From assembly GCA_035438625.1 (NCBI GenBank), contig DAORIS010000004.1, positions 7,497 through 71,496 on the forward strand: DNA of 64,000 bases, read 5' to 3'. Below the pieces are notes generated by a model, which searched no databases, was not told the origin of the DNA, and worked only from the letters and a program-made list of their open reading frames with translations. The stretch is from Minisyncoccota bacterium (GTDB lineage: Bacteria > Patescibacteriota > Minisyncoccia > Phycocordibacterales > DAORIS01). A program made the translations under genes and the position numbers. Below, in pieces: positions 38,693 through 48,967 of the stretch (the first letter of the stretch is position 1; every line of letters starts with the position of its first letter).

Positions 38693-39259
38693 TTAGATTG
38701 AATACTTTCGCATTGCTGGTGCGGTGCATAAAACAAGCAGTATTCCGAAAATCCAACCTCCAAGTACATCACTTGGCCAATGCTCACCAAGATACACACG
38801 AGAGACACCAACAAGAACAATGAGTAGCGTTGCAACTACAATAATTACAATACGTTTAAATTTAATCGAAGTTTGATGTGTAGCGTCGATTAGGTGAAGT
38901 AACCAAAGCGCAGCAACAGAGATCATCACGAATGAAACCAGAGCGTGCGCACTGGGAAACGCTGGTATAAAGGCACTGTGAAAAGCATCCAGATTTGCTG
39001 TTTCAGGCCTGGTTCTCAAAAATACTTGTTTCAAAAAACCAGCCAAACCACAGGCCGCAAGAACAATTGCCGCAAAGAGGGCAAGTTGTCTGTCTTTGTG
39101 GTACCAATGTGCAACTATGAAAATACCAACAAATACAACACCTATAGCTGCAGGTTCAAATGCATATGATGCGCTCTTAAAAACCACACTAGCAATTGGA
39201 CTGTGCATTTGATGCACAGCATTAGAGACTGCAAAATCCATAAACTCAATTGGGCCCAT
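38693..39259 (-). CDS. PAP2 family phosphatase
   Basis: KQVFLRTRP, FPSAHA, SRVYLGEHWPSDVLGG. Confidence 0.92.
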   Translation of the reverse strand: MGPIEFMDFAVSNAVHQMHSPIASVVFKSASYAFEPAAIGVVFVGIFIVAHWYHKDRQLALFAAIVLAACGLAGFLKQVFLRTRPETANLDAFHSAFIPAFPSAHALVSFVMISVAALWLLHLIDATHQTSIKFKRIVIIVVATLLIVLVGVSRVYLGEHWPSDVLGGWIFGILLVLCTAPAMRKYSI

Positions 39260-39272
39260 ATATAGAAATATA

Positions 39273-40460
39273 CTACCTACGAGGAGATACGTCAGTTGTT
39301 GTAGCAGAACTAGATGCTGCGTTCAGCTTTATGTTGAGTCGTGCCTGGTCGAGAATTGCACCGAGTGATGTTGAGGCGTTACTTGTTCCCTGCTGGCGTA
39401 ATGCCGATTCCTTATCCTCATCAGAAAGCTGCAGCTCTTCAACGTTTGTAAGTGTCTGTTCAGCTTCTTGGATAATTAGAATAGATTCCTGGAAAGAGGT
39501 GTACGCTTCGATGAATTTTCCTTCATCAAGTAGACGATACCCTTCTTCGAGCATGAAGTGTGCATCAAGTACAGATTCTTCGATACCAGTGTCCACCGCA
39601 GGAATAGTTGCACTAGCTGCTGTGCTGCTTGTGCTACTTACCATCGTCATTGAGACAGAAACAGTAGTTGTTGATTCTTGTGGCTCGATAAGCTTTTCAA
39701 GGCTTAAAATAGCTTCTTCTGCTTCAATAGCTCGTGCTGAGGCGGCTGCTTTAATTTCTTTAGATGAAAGTGACGCAAGCTTTCCTTCTGCGTCTTTTCG
39801 AAGCGCATCAACTGATGCAATTTCTGCTTGGAGTGCAGTGTGTAGAAGCTGCTTGCTCTCAGAGTCTCCAATTGTACTGATCACATTCTTGTGCGCAAGA
39901 AGTGTTGACTGAAATTCAGCTGAAAGTGATGCTGCGGTTGCAGGATCTTCTTTGCTGTTTATTTTTTCAAGACTCTTACTGAATTCTTCACTGTGCTTTT
40001 TAAAGCTTTCGTTAATAGAAACCTCTTGTTCTTCTGTGAGGTTATTGTTTACGGCCAACTTCTGCGCTTCAACGAGTCGGTTTTCTGCAAACTTAGCCTC
40101 AAGCTTTGCTCGAGACTGGGATGAGAATGTCAAAAGACCTTGTACGTTTTCATTAAAATTAGTCTTCACAACATAGAGTGCATCTCCCGGAAGAGATTTT
40201 TCTGCAGCGAATGACAAACTACCTGCCATGACCAAAAAGGCCGCAAGGCTGATGCTTGCATAGTTCATGAAAAAGATATGTGACCTGATTGGTCGCTTGG
40301 TTAAAATTGGAGAAGGGTATGCAAATTTGTTGCTGTTTTGGTTAGTTGCAGCAACTCGAATAGCGTCAAAAATTTTGACGCGCTCAGACTTCCCTAACAC
40401 AATGTGGGAGTCTATGTCAGCCTTTAAAGACTGAAGGATGTGGATAATGTCATTTTTCAT
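39273..40460 (-). CDS. DUF5667-like membrane protein, putative anti-sigma factor
   Basis: TM helix then AAEKSLPGDALYVVK...ENRLVEAQKL. Overlaps the ECF sigma stop; likely start at 40460. Confidence 0.7.
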   Translation of the reverse strand: MKNDIIHILQSLKADIDSHIVLGKSERVKIFDAIRVAATNQNSNKFAYPSPILTKRPIRSHIFFMNYASISLAAFLVMAGSLSFAAEKSLPGDALYVVKTNFNENVQGLLTFSSQSRAKLEAKFAENRLVEAQKLAVNNNLTEEQEVSINESFKKHSEEFSKSLEKINSKEDPATAASLSAEFQSTLLAHKNVISTIGDSESKQLLHTALQAEIASVDALRKDAEGKLASLSSKEIKAAASARAIEAEEAILSLEKLIEPQESTTTVSVSMTMVSSTSSTAASATIPAVDTGIEESVLDAHFMLEEGYRLLDEGKFIEAYTSFQESILIIQEAEQTLTNVEELQLSDEDKESALRQQGTSNASTSLGAILDQARLNIKLNAASSSATTTDVSPRR

Positions 40461-40965
40461 TTTGAATGTTGAGCGCGATTCGAAGCTTTTCAAGCGCTCT
40501 ATGAATTCTAACCGAGACCACGTTTTCTGAAAGACCTGTGAGTTCAGAGATTTCTTTTGGACTCAAGTCATCTATGAACCTCATAAGTACAATGTCCTTA
40601 TATTTCTCATCTAGATCATGCACTGCCCGTAGTGCTTTTTCAGAGTCTACTGATAGGAGTGGTAATCCCTCGTGACCATCTGACGCGATATCAAACCCTT
40701 GGTCTGACATGTCGTCCAATGAATCAGAGTGCTTACGCCTATAATCATCAATGACCAGATTATGCGCCGTCTTGTACAGGAACGATTTCACACTTAAGAC
40801 CTCATTGCCGGCTTGCATATACTGGAGAGTCTTAACGAAAGCGTCCTGAACAATATCTACAGCCTTTTCACGGTTTCTAACCTTAAGAAGGCAGAATCTG
40901 AGGAGCGCATCTGCGTGTTCCTCATATGCCCGTTCTAGCTGACTGTATTGTGACGGTACGCTCAT
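40450..40965 (-). CDS. ECF RNA polymerase sigma factor
   Basis: DIVQDAFVK, FLYKTAHNLVIDDYRR, LSPKEISELTGLSENVVSVRIHRA. Confidence 0.95.
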   Translation of the reverse strand: MSVPSQYSQLERAYEEHADALLRFCLLKVRNREKAVDIVQDAFVKTLQYMQAGNEVLSVKSFLYKTAHNLVIDDYRRKHSDSLDDMSDQGFDIASDGHEGLPLLSVDSEKALRAVHDLDEKYKDIVLMRFIDDLSPKEISELTGLSENVVSVRIHRALEKLRIALNIQNEK

Positions 40966-40970
40966 GTGTT

Positions 40971-40997
40971 ATGACGCAAGATAGTGCCTTCTCTTAC
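40971..40997 (-). promoter_or_regulatory. Putative autoregulatory ECF promoter
   Basis: GTAAG-N16-CGTCAT ending 5 nt before the sigma ATG. Confidence 0.6.
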
Positions 40998-41020
40998 GAT
41001 TAGACAAGTATACACAATTA

Positions 41021-41923
41021 TTATTTAAAACTAAGCCGTGTGTATATCCCTGCTGGTAAAATACGGCCATCCTTAGGGCTTTCCATAATATTCATAGAAC
41101 CGTATTCCAATGCACTAACTTTAGAAAGTAAGTTCGGAAACGATTTTTCTAGGACTGACTCAACTGCCTGGGCATATGCCTCGGGTGCATACCCTGCTGC
41201 GTACCCGTTCACAATGAAGAAGAGTGGGGTGTCCGAAAGGAGCTTCATACACGACTCGATAAGGGGCAATAAATGGTCTTCAATCTTCCACACCTCCCCT
41301 TTTGGACCACGTCCGAATGATGGTGGATCCATGATGATTCCTTCGTACTTGTTTTCGCGTCGAATCTCCTTTCCAACAAAAGCCATCGCATCGTCAACAA
41401 GCCACCTAATCGGTGCCTTTGAAAGACCCGCAAGTGCGGCATTTTCCTTCGCGTGTTCAATAGCAGGCTTTGAGGCATCTACATGGCACACTGAGGCACC
41501 AACAGAGGCCGCAGCAACCGTTGCTGCACCTGTGTATCCAAATAGGTTTAAGACCTCTGGTTTCTTTTCTCCGTCAGTCTTACCCGCAAGTGCCGAACGA
41601 ACAAATTTCCATGTTTCGGCATGTTCAGGAAATACACCGGTGTGCTTAAACGCTGAAGGCCTAACGGTAATATTTAACCCACCGATTTGTGCTGACCATG
41701 AATCCCGCATACCTTCTTTAAGCTTCCATCCAGTACCAAAAAATCCATCTGCACGAACCCACACCTCTTCTGGAAGACGTTTATACCAAACCGCTTGTGG
41801 GTCAGGTCGAGCAAGCATATATTCACCGTATCGCTCAAGCTTCATCCCCTCTCCGGAGTCTAGAAGTTCATAACCTTGATAACTACCTGCGGTGAGATCT
41901 ACTCTTTTTTTGTGTACTGACAT
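41021..41923 (-). CDS. Class I SAM-dependent methyltransferase (RlmI/RlmK-like family)
   Basis: YELLDSG...KLERYG..RPDPQA, FKHTGVFPE, VLNLFGYTG, MDPPSFGRGP. Confidence 0.9.
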   Translation of the reverse strand: MSVHKKRVDLTAGSYQGYELLDSGEGMKLERYGEYMLARPDPQAVWYKRLPEEVWVRADGFFGTGWKLKEGMRDSWSAQIGGLNITVRPSAFKHTGVFPEHAETWKFVRSALAGKTDGEKKPEVLNLFGYTGAATVAAASVGASVCHVDASKPAIEHAKENAALAGLSKAPIRWLVDDAMAFVGKEIRRENKYEGIIMDPPSFGRGPKGEVWKIEDHLLPLIESCMKLLSDTPLFFIVNGYAAGYAPEAYAQAVESVLEKSFPNLLSKVSALEYGSMNIMESPKDGRILPAGIYTRLSFK

Positions 41924-41929
41924 GTAAAT

Positions 41930-42433
41930 TTAGTTTCGAACATTAGACTTCAAAATATCCCTGATCTCTCCTAAGAGCACCTCTTCCTTTGATGGAGGTG
42001 GTGGTGTTACCTTATCTTCTTGAGCCTGCTTCTTTTCTTGTTTCCTCCTGAATCGGTTAATTGCCTTGACCAAGAGAAATACTGCAAACGCAACAATAAT
42101 GAAATCAATTGTTGTCTGCAAAAACACGCCATAGTTAACAGTAATTGCAACAGATGCTTCAGTTGCTTCTCGCAATGTAAACTTCAATCCATCAAACTTG
42201 ATTCCACCGATTAAAATTCCGAGAAGCGGCGTAACAATATCAGCAACCAATGACGAGACGATCTTGTTAAAAGCGCCGCCGATGATAATACCAATAGCGA
42301 GGTCCATAACATTCCCCCGCATAGCGAATTCCTTGAATTCATGGACGAATCCCTTTACCACTCCACCATACTGTTGGACATCACCAACTACAGAAGTACG
42401 TATGTTATTTAATTTCTCCTTGGGTAGGTGCAT
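41930..42433 (-). CDS. mscL: Large-conductance mechanosensitive channel
   Basis: [24 protein letters not shown]...LLGEIRDIL. Start uncertain. Confidence 0.95.
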   Translation of the reverse strand: MHLPKEKLNNIRTSVVGDVQQYGGVVKGFVHEFKEFAMRGNVMDLAIGIIIGGAFNKIVSSLVADIVTPLLGILIGGIKFDGLKFTLREATEASVAITVNYGVFLQTTIDFIIVAFAVFLLVKAINRFRRKQEKKQAQEDKVTPPPPSKEEVLLGEIRDILKSNVRN

Positions 42434-43013
42434 GTTGTTTTTTATGTAGTACCTCCCGAACAATCGGGAGGATCGAGAGGACTATAATAGCCACGACGAT
42501 ATACTCAATATAGTCACGGAGGCCAGGAATGTAAAGCCCTGCAGCAAATGAGGCAGAGAGTAGCCCAGCCGCCCATAGTAGTCCACCAATTATATTGTAG
42601 AGGGCAAACTTTCTATACGGCATACCTCCAACACCAGCCATAATTGGTGCAAGTGTTCGAACTATTGGAGTGAAGCGTGCAGCAATTATGGTAAAGCGTC
42701 CGTACCGTTTGAAGAACATCGCTGTCTTTTCGATATACGCTTTTCTGAAGAAAAATGAGTCTTCTTTTACAAACACCATTGGACCAAAATACTTTCCGGT
42801 CGCATACCCAACCGCATCACCGAGAATTGCCGCGAGTGTGCAACCAATAATCAACACTCTAATATCCAATAATCCTCCCGCCGCAAGAAATCCTGCAGTA
42901 ATAAGAAGCGAGTCACCTGGTAACAATAATCCGATTAATATTCCTGACTCAGCGAATATTGCAGCAATAATACCGACATGTCCGGCGGCTTGAATAAGAG
43001 ATTCTATATCCAT
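42405..43013 (-). CDS. dedA: DedA family membrane protein
   Basis: FAESG...[21 protein letters not shown]. Confidence 0.92.
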   Translation of the reverse strand: MDIESLIQAAGHVGIIAAIFAESGILIGLLLPGDSLLITAGFLAAGGLLDIRVLIIGCTLAAILGDAVGYATGKYFGPMVFVKEDSFFFRKAYIEKTAMFFKRYGRFTIIAARFTPIVRTLAPIMAGVGGMPYRKFALYNIIGGLLWAAGLLSASFAAGLYIPGLRDYIEYIVVAIIVLSILPIVREVLHKKQHAPTQGEIK

Positions 43014-43032
43014 GAATTATATCTCGAATGAC

Positions 43033-43617
43033 TTATGCTGTTGCAGTAACTATATGCTTTCTATATGCGTAATAGAGAACACCAATTGCAATCTGTGCCA
43101 TAAACGCTGAAAGTGACATATATGGAATTGTGATGAAACCAAACACGAGGAATGGGATATATGCACATGCAGCAGCTGTTGTAATTGCGTCACACGGCAA
43201 CGCTGACGGAACAAGTACTTGACCATAGTAGTGCCACACCGCAATCACTCCACCAATTACCGAAAGGAGAACAATGTACTTTATAACCCCACTGTCACGA
43301 CGGATAGAGGCTAGTGTGAGCATAAAGAACTGTGGGAACATAAAGAACCGCTGCCACACACATAAAATACATGGTACGTATCCAGCTATGGTCGAATAGA
43401 AATTACTTCCAAAAAATGTCACGATTGAAACAATAAACATCGTGAACACCGAATACTTTGCAATAAAACTAACGACTGAGTTACCGAAAAATGCGACCCT
43501 AAAGCGAGCATTAAATAATGCCACCCCCCCTCCAATAAGCGCTACGAGAGTTAGTATGTTTGCAATAAGTACTCCAACTGAGATACCTGTAGTAATTGAT
43601 GATACAAGTGGTGTCAT
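43033..43617 (-). CDS. dsbB: Disulfide bond formation protein B family
   Basis: PCILCVWQR and a second Cys pair in a multi-TM protein. Confidence 0.85.
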   Translation of the reverse strand: MTPLVSSITTGISVGVLIANILTLVALIGGGVALFNARFRVAFFGNSVVSFIAKYSVFTMFIVSIVTFFGSNFYSTIAGYVPCILCVWQRFFMFPQFFMLTLASIRRDSGVIKYIVLLSVIGGVIAVWHYYGQVLVPSALPCDAITTAAACAYIPFLVFGFITIPYMSLSAFMAQIAIGVLYYAYRKHIVTATA

Positions 43618-43622
43618 AAATA

Positions 43623-44033
43623 TTACTCTGTTACTGGTGTTGCCGGAGCAGGAATCTCACACGCTGTTTTTTCTGCGAGCTGCTCAACAGTTAATACTCC
43701 CTCTACCCGTTCACCATCTGCAAATTCCCACGTAGGGTATTTTTTAATTTCTTTGAGGTTACATGCTTCATTTTGAGCTGTGCCGTCTGGTGTAGAACAT
43801 TCTACATACGGAAGAGAAGGTGCTGCCTTACCAAAGATTGCCTTTTGCTCTCGGCAATGTGGGCACCAGAACGTACCATAAAATGTTGCACCCTTATCTT
43901 TCAAACATGCAGCAAAGGGTATTAACTCTTCCCCTTGTGTATTCTTTGCATCGAATAGGAATATCCCTCCAATTGCTCCACCAATAACGATAATTGCGAC
44001 AATAATTGTCCACGCTGTACTGTTCATTTTCAT
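43623..44033 (-). CDS. Membrane-anchored thioredoxin-like protein
   Basis: FYGTFWCPHCREQK...YVEC...YPTW. Confidence 0.88.
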   Translation of the reverse strand: MKMNSTAWTIIVAIIVIGGAIGGIFLFDAKNTQGEELIPFAACLKDKGATFYGTFWCPHCREQKAIFGKAAPSLPYVECSTPDGTAQNEACNLKEIKKYPTWEFADGERVEGVLTVEQLAEKTACEIPAPATPVTE

Positions 44034-44063
44034 AAAAACATACTACCACGTATTGCCACCCAC

Positions 44064-44840
44064 CTAAAAGAAGAAGACAAGGAGTACGATACCGGCAATT
44101 ATCCTGTACACAGCAAATGGGATGAATGTGTGTGAGGACACAAAGCGTATAAACATACGGACACAGAAGAAGGCAGAGAGCCATGACGACAAGAAACCCA
44201 CTGCCAAAAGAAGCATTTCCATTCCATTTAATGAAATCTGCATTTTAAGGAGGTCGTATGCACTTGCAGCTATGATAGTTGGCACTGACAGTACAAATGA
44301 GAACTCAACAATCGCTGCCCTGTCTATTCTATGCATCAGTCCACCAATAATTGTTGAGCCAGATCGTGATACGCCTGGAATTAACGCAAACGCCTGATAT
44401 GTTCCCAGAAGAATTGAATCTTTAAGTGAGATCGATCTTCGAAGCCTAAAGTCCTCCTCTGTTTCAACCTGCTTTTTAAGTCGTAACTCAATTGCAAGCA
44501 TAATAACTCCTCCAACAAGCAGCGCCCATGCAACAAGTGACGGGTACTCCAAAAAACTTTTCACCATCGGATACAGCAACACCCCCGCAAGTGCAGTAGG
44601 AATAAATGCTGCGAGGATATTAAAAGCCCGCTTCGGACTACGCTTTACTCTTCGAATGAACAGAGGTAGCACTGCCAATATTGCTCCCACCTGAATAAAA
44701 ATTTGGAATGTTTTTAAAAACTCAGTTGGCTCTAGGTCCATTAAACTTGAAAAAACAATCAAGTGACCCGTAGAGGATACGGGCAAAAACTCTGTGAGTC
44801 CCTCAACGATTCCAAGAAGTATTGCTTGAGTAATTGTCAT
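44064..44840 (-). CDS. uppP: Undecaprenyl-diphosphate phosphatase
   Basis: GIVEGLTEFLPVSSTGH, IPGVSRSGSTI. Confidence 0.96.
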   Translation of the reverse strand: MTITQAILLGIVEGLTEFLPVSSTGHLIVFSSLMDLEPTEFLKTFQIFIQVGAILAVLPLFIRRVKRSPKRAFNILAAFIPTALAGVLLYPMVKSFLEYPSLVAWALLVGGVIMLAIELRLKKQVETEEDFRLRRSISLKDSILLGTYQAFALIPGVSRSGSTIIGGLMHRIDRAAIVEFSFVLSVPTIIAASAYDLLKMQISLNGMEMLLLAVGFLSSWLSAFFCVRMFIRFVSSHTFIPFAVYRIIAGIVLLVFFF

Positions 44841-44850
44841 GACTGTATAG

Positions 44851-45810
44851 CTACCTTGATGACTTTATACACTCATTAAATTGCCGCACGGAATCATTAT
44901 ATGCAGACGTGTTATACCTAAGCGTCTGCACTGTTGCGTTGTACGAAGCAACTGCCTCGTCATACGCTTTAAACGTTTCTGAATATTCATTACTATCAGT
45001 TCGCCCCTCAGCTTCAATCTGCTTGATCTTTTCTTCTAGTTCATCAATGTGCATAGATTTCTTTTCTAGAAGCGGTTGAAGAGTATCTATCTTTTCCTTT
45101 GCAGCAACATGAATTTCAGGACAACTTGTAAGCGGTCTTCCAAAGTGCTGCACGGCAATTAGTACCTGTTTTCCCTCATACAGACCATATCCAACAGCGA
45201 CACCAATTTCCTGAAACTGAGCGCGTAAAATATTCTCACGGTGTCCTGGACTCTCCATCCACGCCCGGACTAAATCCGCTTCGTTCTTAAACTGTCCGAG
45301 TGCTAAATTTTCACCAATTGAAACGTATTCATATCCAACTTCCTTTACAAAAGAATCTGCACCACTACCCTCTGGTGAGACGTGTTCAAAATACTGTTTC
45401 TGAAACATATCTTCCACCTTTCGAGCAGCTGAACGTGCAAGTGTGGCATTTTGGGAAAGTGCCGCAACACCTTCATCAGTTCGCACGCGGTTAGTTTCTT
45501 CGACTACGATTTCTGCTTGCAACTCATTAACACTCTCCTCATTCCACACTACAAGCGGTGAAGATACCAGAACTTCACGAGGTAATGCTCGTTCTGAAGA
45601 ATCAGTAATTTCATATTCTGATTTATTTAAACCCAACGAATCCGTCGATGACGAATGAAATCGATTTTCAGAATCTGTTTCCCGTGCAGTAAAATACGCT
45701 GAAATTTGATTTAAAATCAAACACGCAACAACAAACAGTGACGCCGAGGCCACGATGATCCATAACCGCTTGGCTGTAGCCGTGCGCATGTTCATAGGTA
45801 TAGTATCCAA
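44851..45810 (-). CDS. CAP (SCP) domain membrane-anchored protein
   Basis: ETNRVR, YFEHVSP, GENLA, WMESPGHRENIL, then a C-terminal coiled coil. Confidence 0.9.
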   Translation of the reverse strand: MDTIPMNMRTATAKRLWIIVASASLFVVACLILNQISAYFTARETDSENRFHSSSTDSLGLNKSEYEITDSSERALPREVLVSSPLVVWNEESVNELQAEIVVEETNRVRTDEGVAALSQNATLARSAARKVEDMFQKQYFEHVSPEGSGADSFVKEVGYEYVSIGENLALGQFKNEADLVRAWMESPGHRENILRAQFQEIGVAVGYGLYEGKQVLIAVQHFGRPLTSCPEIHVAAKEKIDTLQPLLEKKSMHIDELEEKIKQIEAEGRTDSNEYSETFKAYDEAVASYNATVQTLRYNTSAYNDSVRQFNECIKSSR

Positions 45811-45818
45811 TACGTTAA

Positions 45819-46553
45819 TTATTCAAGCATGAAGGAAGCGCGCACTGTCACCATAATTTCCTTCTTCAAACTTTGAGTGTCATATGCCCCATAATCGTCC
45901 ACACTAATTGATCCTGGAGAAAGTACTTGTACGACTCCGCTAGCCGCAGATTGGAGGTCACCTACTTGTGAACCTCCACTTTGTGCGATCTGGTTTGCCC
46001 TCTCTTTAGCATCCCGCATTGCGTCAGCAAGTAATTCTATTCGAGCCTCGGCAAGCTTAGAATATGTGTATTCAAGCGGCATTGATTGAAAAAGTACCCC
46101 TTGAGAAGCCAACACTTGGACATTTTTTGCGAGCGCAGAAATCTCTGCGACCTTTGGAGAATTCACTTCAATAATCTGGCGGAGTATATATTCTCTATTT
46201 GCATAATCGTTCTGCTTATACACTTGGTCCATGTACACCGGTGAACTTGTGTATTCATCTTCTGCTACCCCGCTTTGTGAAAATAGCTGCTTAACTGCCA
46301 CGAGATCTTTTGCTAACGATTGATATCCTGCATTAATTTGTGACTCATCAACAGTTCTAGTCAACGAAAGCGACCACCTAACTCTGTCAGCTTCAACTTC
46401 TTTTTTTGCTGATCCAGTTACCGAAAGAGACGAGTTATTATCTCGACTTACATAAAACGAGACAGAAAAAATAAGGGCGCTCAGAACCATGCCCAGAGCA
46501 ACTAGACCACCTAAGTACGAAAAGCTTTTTAATGTATTGTTTGTTGTATCCAT
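45819..46553 (-). CDS. SIMPL/DUF541 domain protein, second type
   Basis: LSVTGSAKKEVEAD...DAKERANQIA...GVVQV...DYGAYDT. Confidence 0.85.
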   Translation of the reverse strand: MDTTNNTLKSFSYLGGLVALGMVLSALIFSVSFYVSRDNNSSLSVTGSAKKEVEADRVRWSLSLTRTVDESQINAGYQSLAKDLVAVKQLFSQSGVAEDEYTSSPVYMDQVYKQNDYANREYILRQIIEVNSPKVAEISALAKNVQVLASQGVLFQSMPLEYTYSKLAEARIELLADAMRDAKERANQIAQSGGSQVGDLQSAASGVVQVLSPGSISVDDYGAYDTQSLKKEIMVTVRASFMLE

Positions 46554-46561
46554 ACTTGTAT

Positions 46562-46810
46562 TTATGCAATTTTAGTTCCTTCTTCTCCAGATGACCGAAC
46601 ATCCTTTACACAATTTCTGCACACGGCATTTCCTTTCCAGTTTTTCTTATTACACACTCCACATCGGTACGTCGGAAGTGCAATGAGTGCAAATCCAGCA
46701 ACAATTAATAGTGTCGGCCAGACAAGTGAAAACGATACAGCGTCGAGTAACCCAAGGTTCTTAAGTAGAAAGATAACACCAACTGACAATACAATTATTC
46801 CTGTTCTCAT
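46562..46810 (-). CDS. Small membrane protein (DUF5668/LiaF-TM-like) with a CxxC...CxxC tail
   Basis: GVIFLLKNLG...WPTLLIVAG, then CGVC and CRNC. Confidence 0.65.
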   Translation of the reverse strand: MRTGIIVLSVGVIFLLKNLGLLDAVSFSLVWPTLLIVAGFALIALPTYRCGVCNKKNWKGNAVCRNCVKDVRSSGEEGTKIA

Positions 46811-46824
46811 ATATTTTTTCTTAA

Positions 46825-48510
46825 TTATACTATTTTTCGTACTCGCTGCATACGCATTCGAATTTCACGTCCACCAAAGAAGGATTCTTCAATAAAACCA
46901 AGCATTTCAACAGTATCCCCCACCCCCAGAGAATCAAACACGACATCTTTTGGGTAAAACTCAATACACTTTAATACTACTTCATTATTCTGTATGCGCA
47001 GTTCAATGTGTTCTTTTGCTTTACCAAATTTTTTAACACCCACAACCTTTGCTGAAGAAATTCTAAATACTGGCTTAGGATTATCCATCCCGTATGGACT
47101 CAATTGAGACAACATCCTGACAAGGTCATTAGAGACATCGTGTAATTCAAGCTCACAGTCACAAACCTCAACCACTCCTGACATGGTGGCATCTTTAACT
47201 TTCTGGCTTTGGTATTTTGTATACGCTTTAATTAATGCGTCTTTCAAACCGTGAATTTTTTCATGAGTCACTGAAAATCCACCTGAGGCGGCATGGCCAC
47301 CAAATGCATCAAAAAGAAACGGGTCTTCTTCATGTGCAATGTTCATGATCTCAACAATATTTTCATTTCGCGTAGCCCTAACAGAGCCTTTATAATGTGG
47401 TGAATCTTCCTTCCCCCACAAAAATACAGACTTTCCAACTTTTTCTGAAAGTGCGTTTGCCATGAGTCCTAATACACCTGGTTTCCAATCCGGATTTCCA
47501 ATAACCACAATTGGGTCATTAATAAATTCCTCTTCTCTTTTTGTAATTTCTCGTGTAAGTTGCGCACCAATTATTTTCCTCTGGTCATTAATTTTCAATA
47601 AGTACTCAGCTGCCACTCCGGCAACAGTTGGATCATCAGACGCAAGCATATTGAATGCATCCATTGGGTGCGCCATTCTTGACGCGGCATTTATTTTTGG
47701 CGTAATCATAAACGCAATATCGTCTTCTGTAAGCGTAGACTGTTGCATTCGCAACTTCGAAAACAACTTTAATAATCCCGGGCGACCAGTTTTTCGTAAC
47801 ACCTTTAAACCATATGTCGCAAATACTCGATTCTCACCGGTTAATGGGACCATGTCAGAGAGTGTGGCAATACCAACCATATCAAGTAACCACTTCTCAT
47901 GACCCGGTTTTAGTGAATTATTTACACTCTCAATACTCCGAGACTTGATGATGCCGTCGACTACCTTATAGATCACTCCCGCACCACACAACTCTTTAAA
48001 AGGATACTGACTACCTTTTAATTTTGGATTTACGATCGCGTGCGCATCAGGTAATACATCGTGAGGTAAGTGGTGGTCTGTAACAATGACATCCATACCG
48101 TTTTCATTTGCCTCACGTACTTCATCTACATCAGTAATTCCACAGTCGATGGTTATGATTAACCTTGCTCCTTTTTCTGCAAATTGCTTAATTGCATCAC
48201 TGTTTAATCCAAACCCCTCATCATGCCTATGAGGAATGTAATTTGAAAAGTTTGTGTATCCAATTTTTTTGAAGAAGTCATGGAGTACTACTCCTCCCGG
48301 AATACCATCAGCATCATAATCACTATAAACAACAATGTGTTCATCACCCTTAATGGCCTGTCCAATACGATCAACAGCCTTTTGCATGCCTGGCATTAAA
48401 AAAGGGTCATGGGTATGTTTATCAAAATCAGGATAAAGAAATTGCTCCTTATCGTCTTCTGAAATAATATTACGTTTAGTAAGAAGGAGGTTTAAAAGGT
48501 CGTTTTTCAC
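46825..48510 (-). CDS. recJ: Single-stranded-DNA exonuclease RecJ
   Basis: YSDYDADG, TIDCGI, TDHH, DMVPL..ENR, FGGHAASGG. Confidence 0.96.
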   Translation of the reverse strand: MKNDLLNLLLTKRNIISEDDKEQFLYPDFDKHTHDPFLMPGMQKAVDRIGQAIKGDEHIVVYSDYDADGIPGGVVLHDFFKKIGYTNFSNYIPHRHDEGFGLNSDAIKQFAEKGARLIITIDCGITDVDEVREANENGMDVIVTDHHLPHDVLPDAHAIVNPKLKGSQYPFKELCGAGVIYKVVDGIIKSRSIESVNNSLKPGHEKWLLDMVGIATLSDMVPLTGENRVFATYGLKVLRKTGRPGLLKLFSKLRMQQSTLTEDDIAFMITPKINAASRMAHPMDAFNMLASDDPTVAGVAAEYLLKINDQRKIIGAQLTREITKREEEFINDPIVVIGNPDWKPGVLGLMANALSEKVGKSVFLWGKEDSPHYKGSVRATRNENIVEIMNIAHEEDPFLFDAFGGHAASGGFSVTHEKIHGLKDALIKAYTKYQSQKVKDATMSGVVEVCDCELELHDVSNDLVRMLSQLSPYGMDNPKPVFRISSAKVVGVKKFGKAKEHIELRIQNNEVVLKCIEFYPKDVVFDSLGVGDTVEMLGFIEESFFGGREIRMRMQRVRKIV

Positions 48511-48544
48511 CTGAAAAGTCTAACACATCGACTATAATCAATAT

Positions 48545-48967
48545 ATGACTACCAACCAAGCAAATTGTCTCTTTTGTAAGATAGTAACTGGCACCATTCC
48601 TACAGCAAAAATCTATGAGGATGATCACACGATTGCTTTCCTAGACATCCGTCCGAACAGTAAAGGTCACAGTCTTGTTATTCCCAAAAAGCATTCCCAA
48701 GACTTTTTACATACAGACAAAGAAACAGCTAGTTCTCTTATTCAAACAGTACATATTGTGGCCCAAAAACTCGAATCGGTGTTAGGCACATCTCACATGA
48801 ACATTGCAACAAATGTTGGACAAGAGGCTGGGCAAATTATCTTCCATACGCACATCCACATCATTCCAAGATACAAAGGAGTGGTTGGTAAGGGGTATTC
48901 CTACAAAGAAAAAGAAATGGAAGAACTAGCGGAGAACATTAGGACAATGCCTCAAGACCAGGAATAG
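48545..48967 (+). CDS. HIT family hydrolase
   Basis: CLFCKI, GHSLVIPKKH, HTHIHIIPR. Confidence 0.93.
   Translation: MTTNQANCLFCKIVTGTIPTAKIYEDDHTIAFLDIRPNSKGHSLVIPKKHSQDFLHTDKETASSLIQTVHIVAQKLESVLGTSHMNIATNVGQEAGQIIFHTHIHIIPRYKGVVGKGYSYKEKEMEELAENIRTMPQDQE

Noticed and set aside
41040-41873. Long antisense ORFs (277 aa here; also 6759-7286, 25282-25884, 36169-36702, 39250-39912)
   Set aside because: They are shadows of well-supported genes on the opposite strand, with Ser-rich, non-protein-like composition.
48939-48967. 29-bp convergent overlap of HIT and pgk
   Set aside because: Short tail-to-tail overlaps are ordinary in compact genomes.
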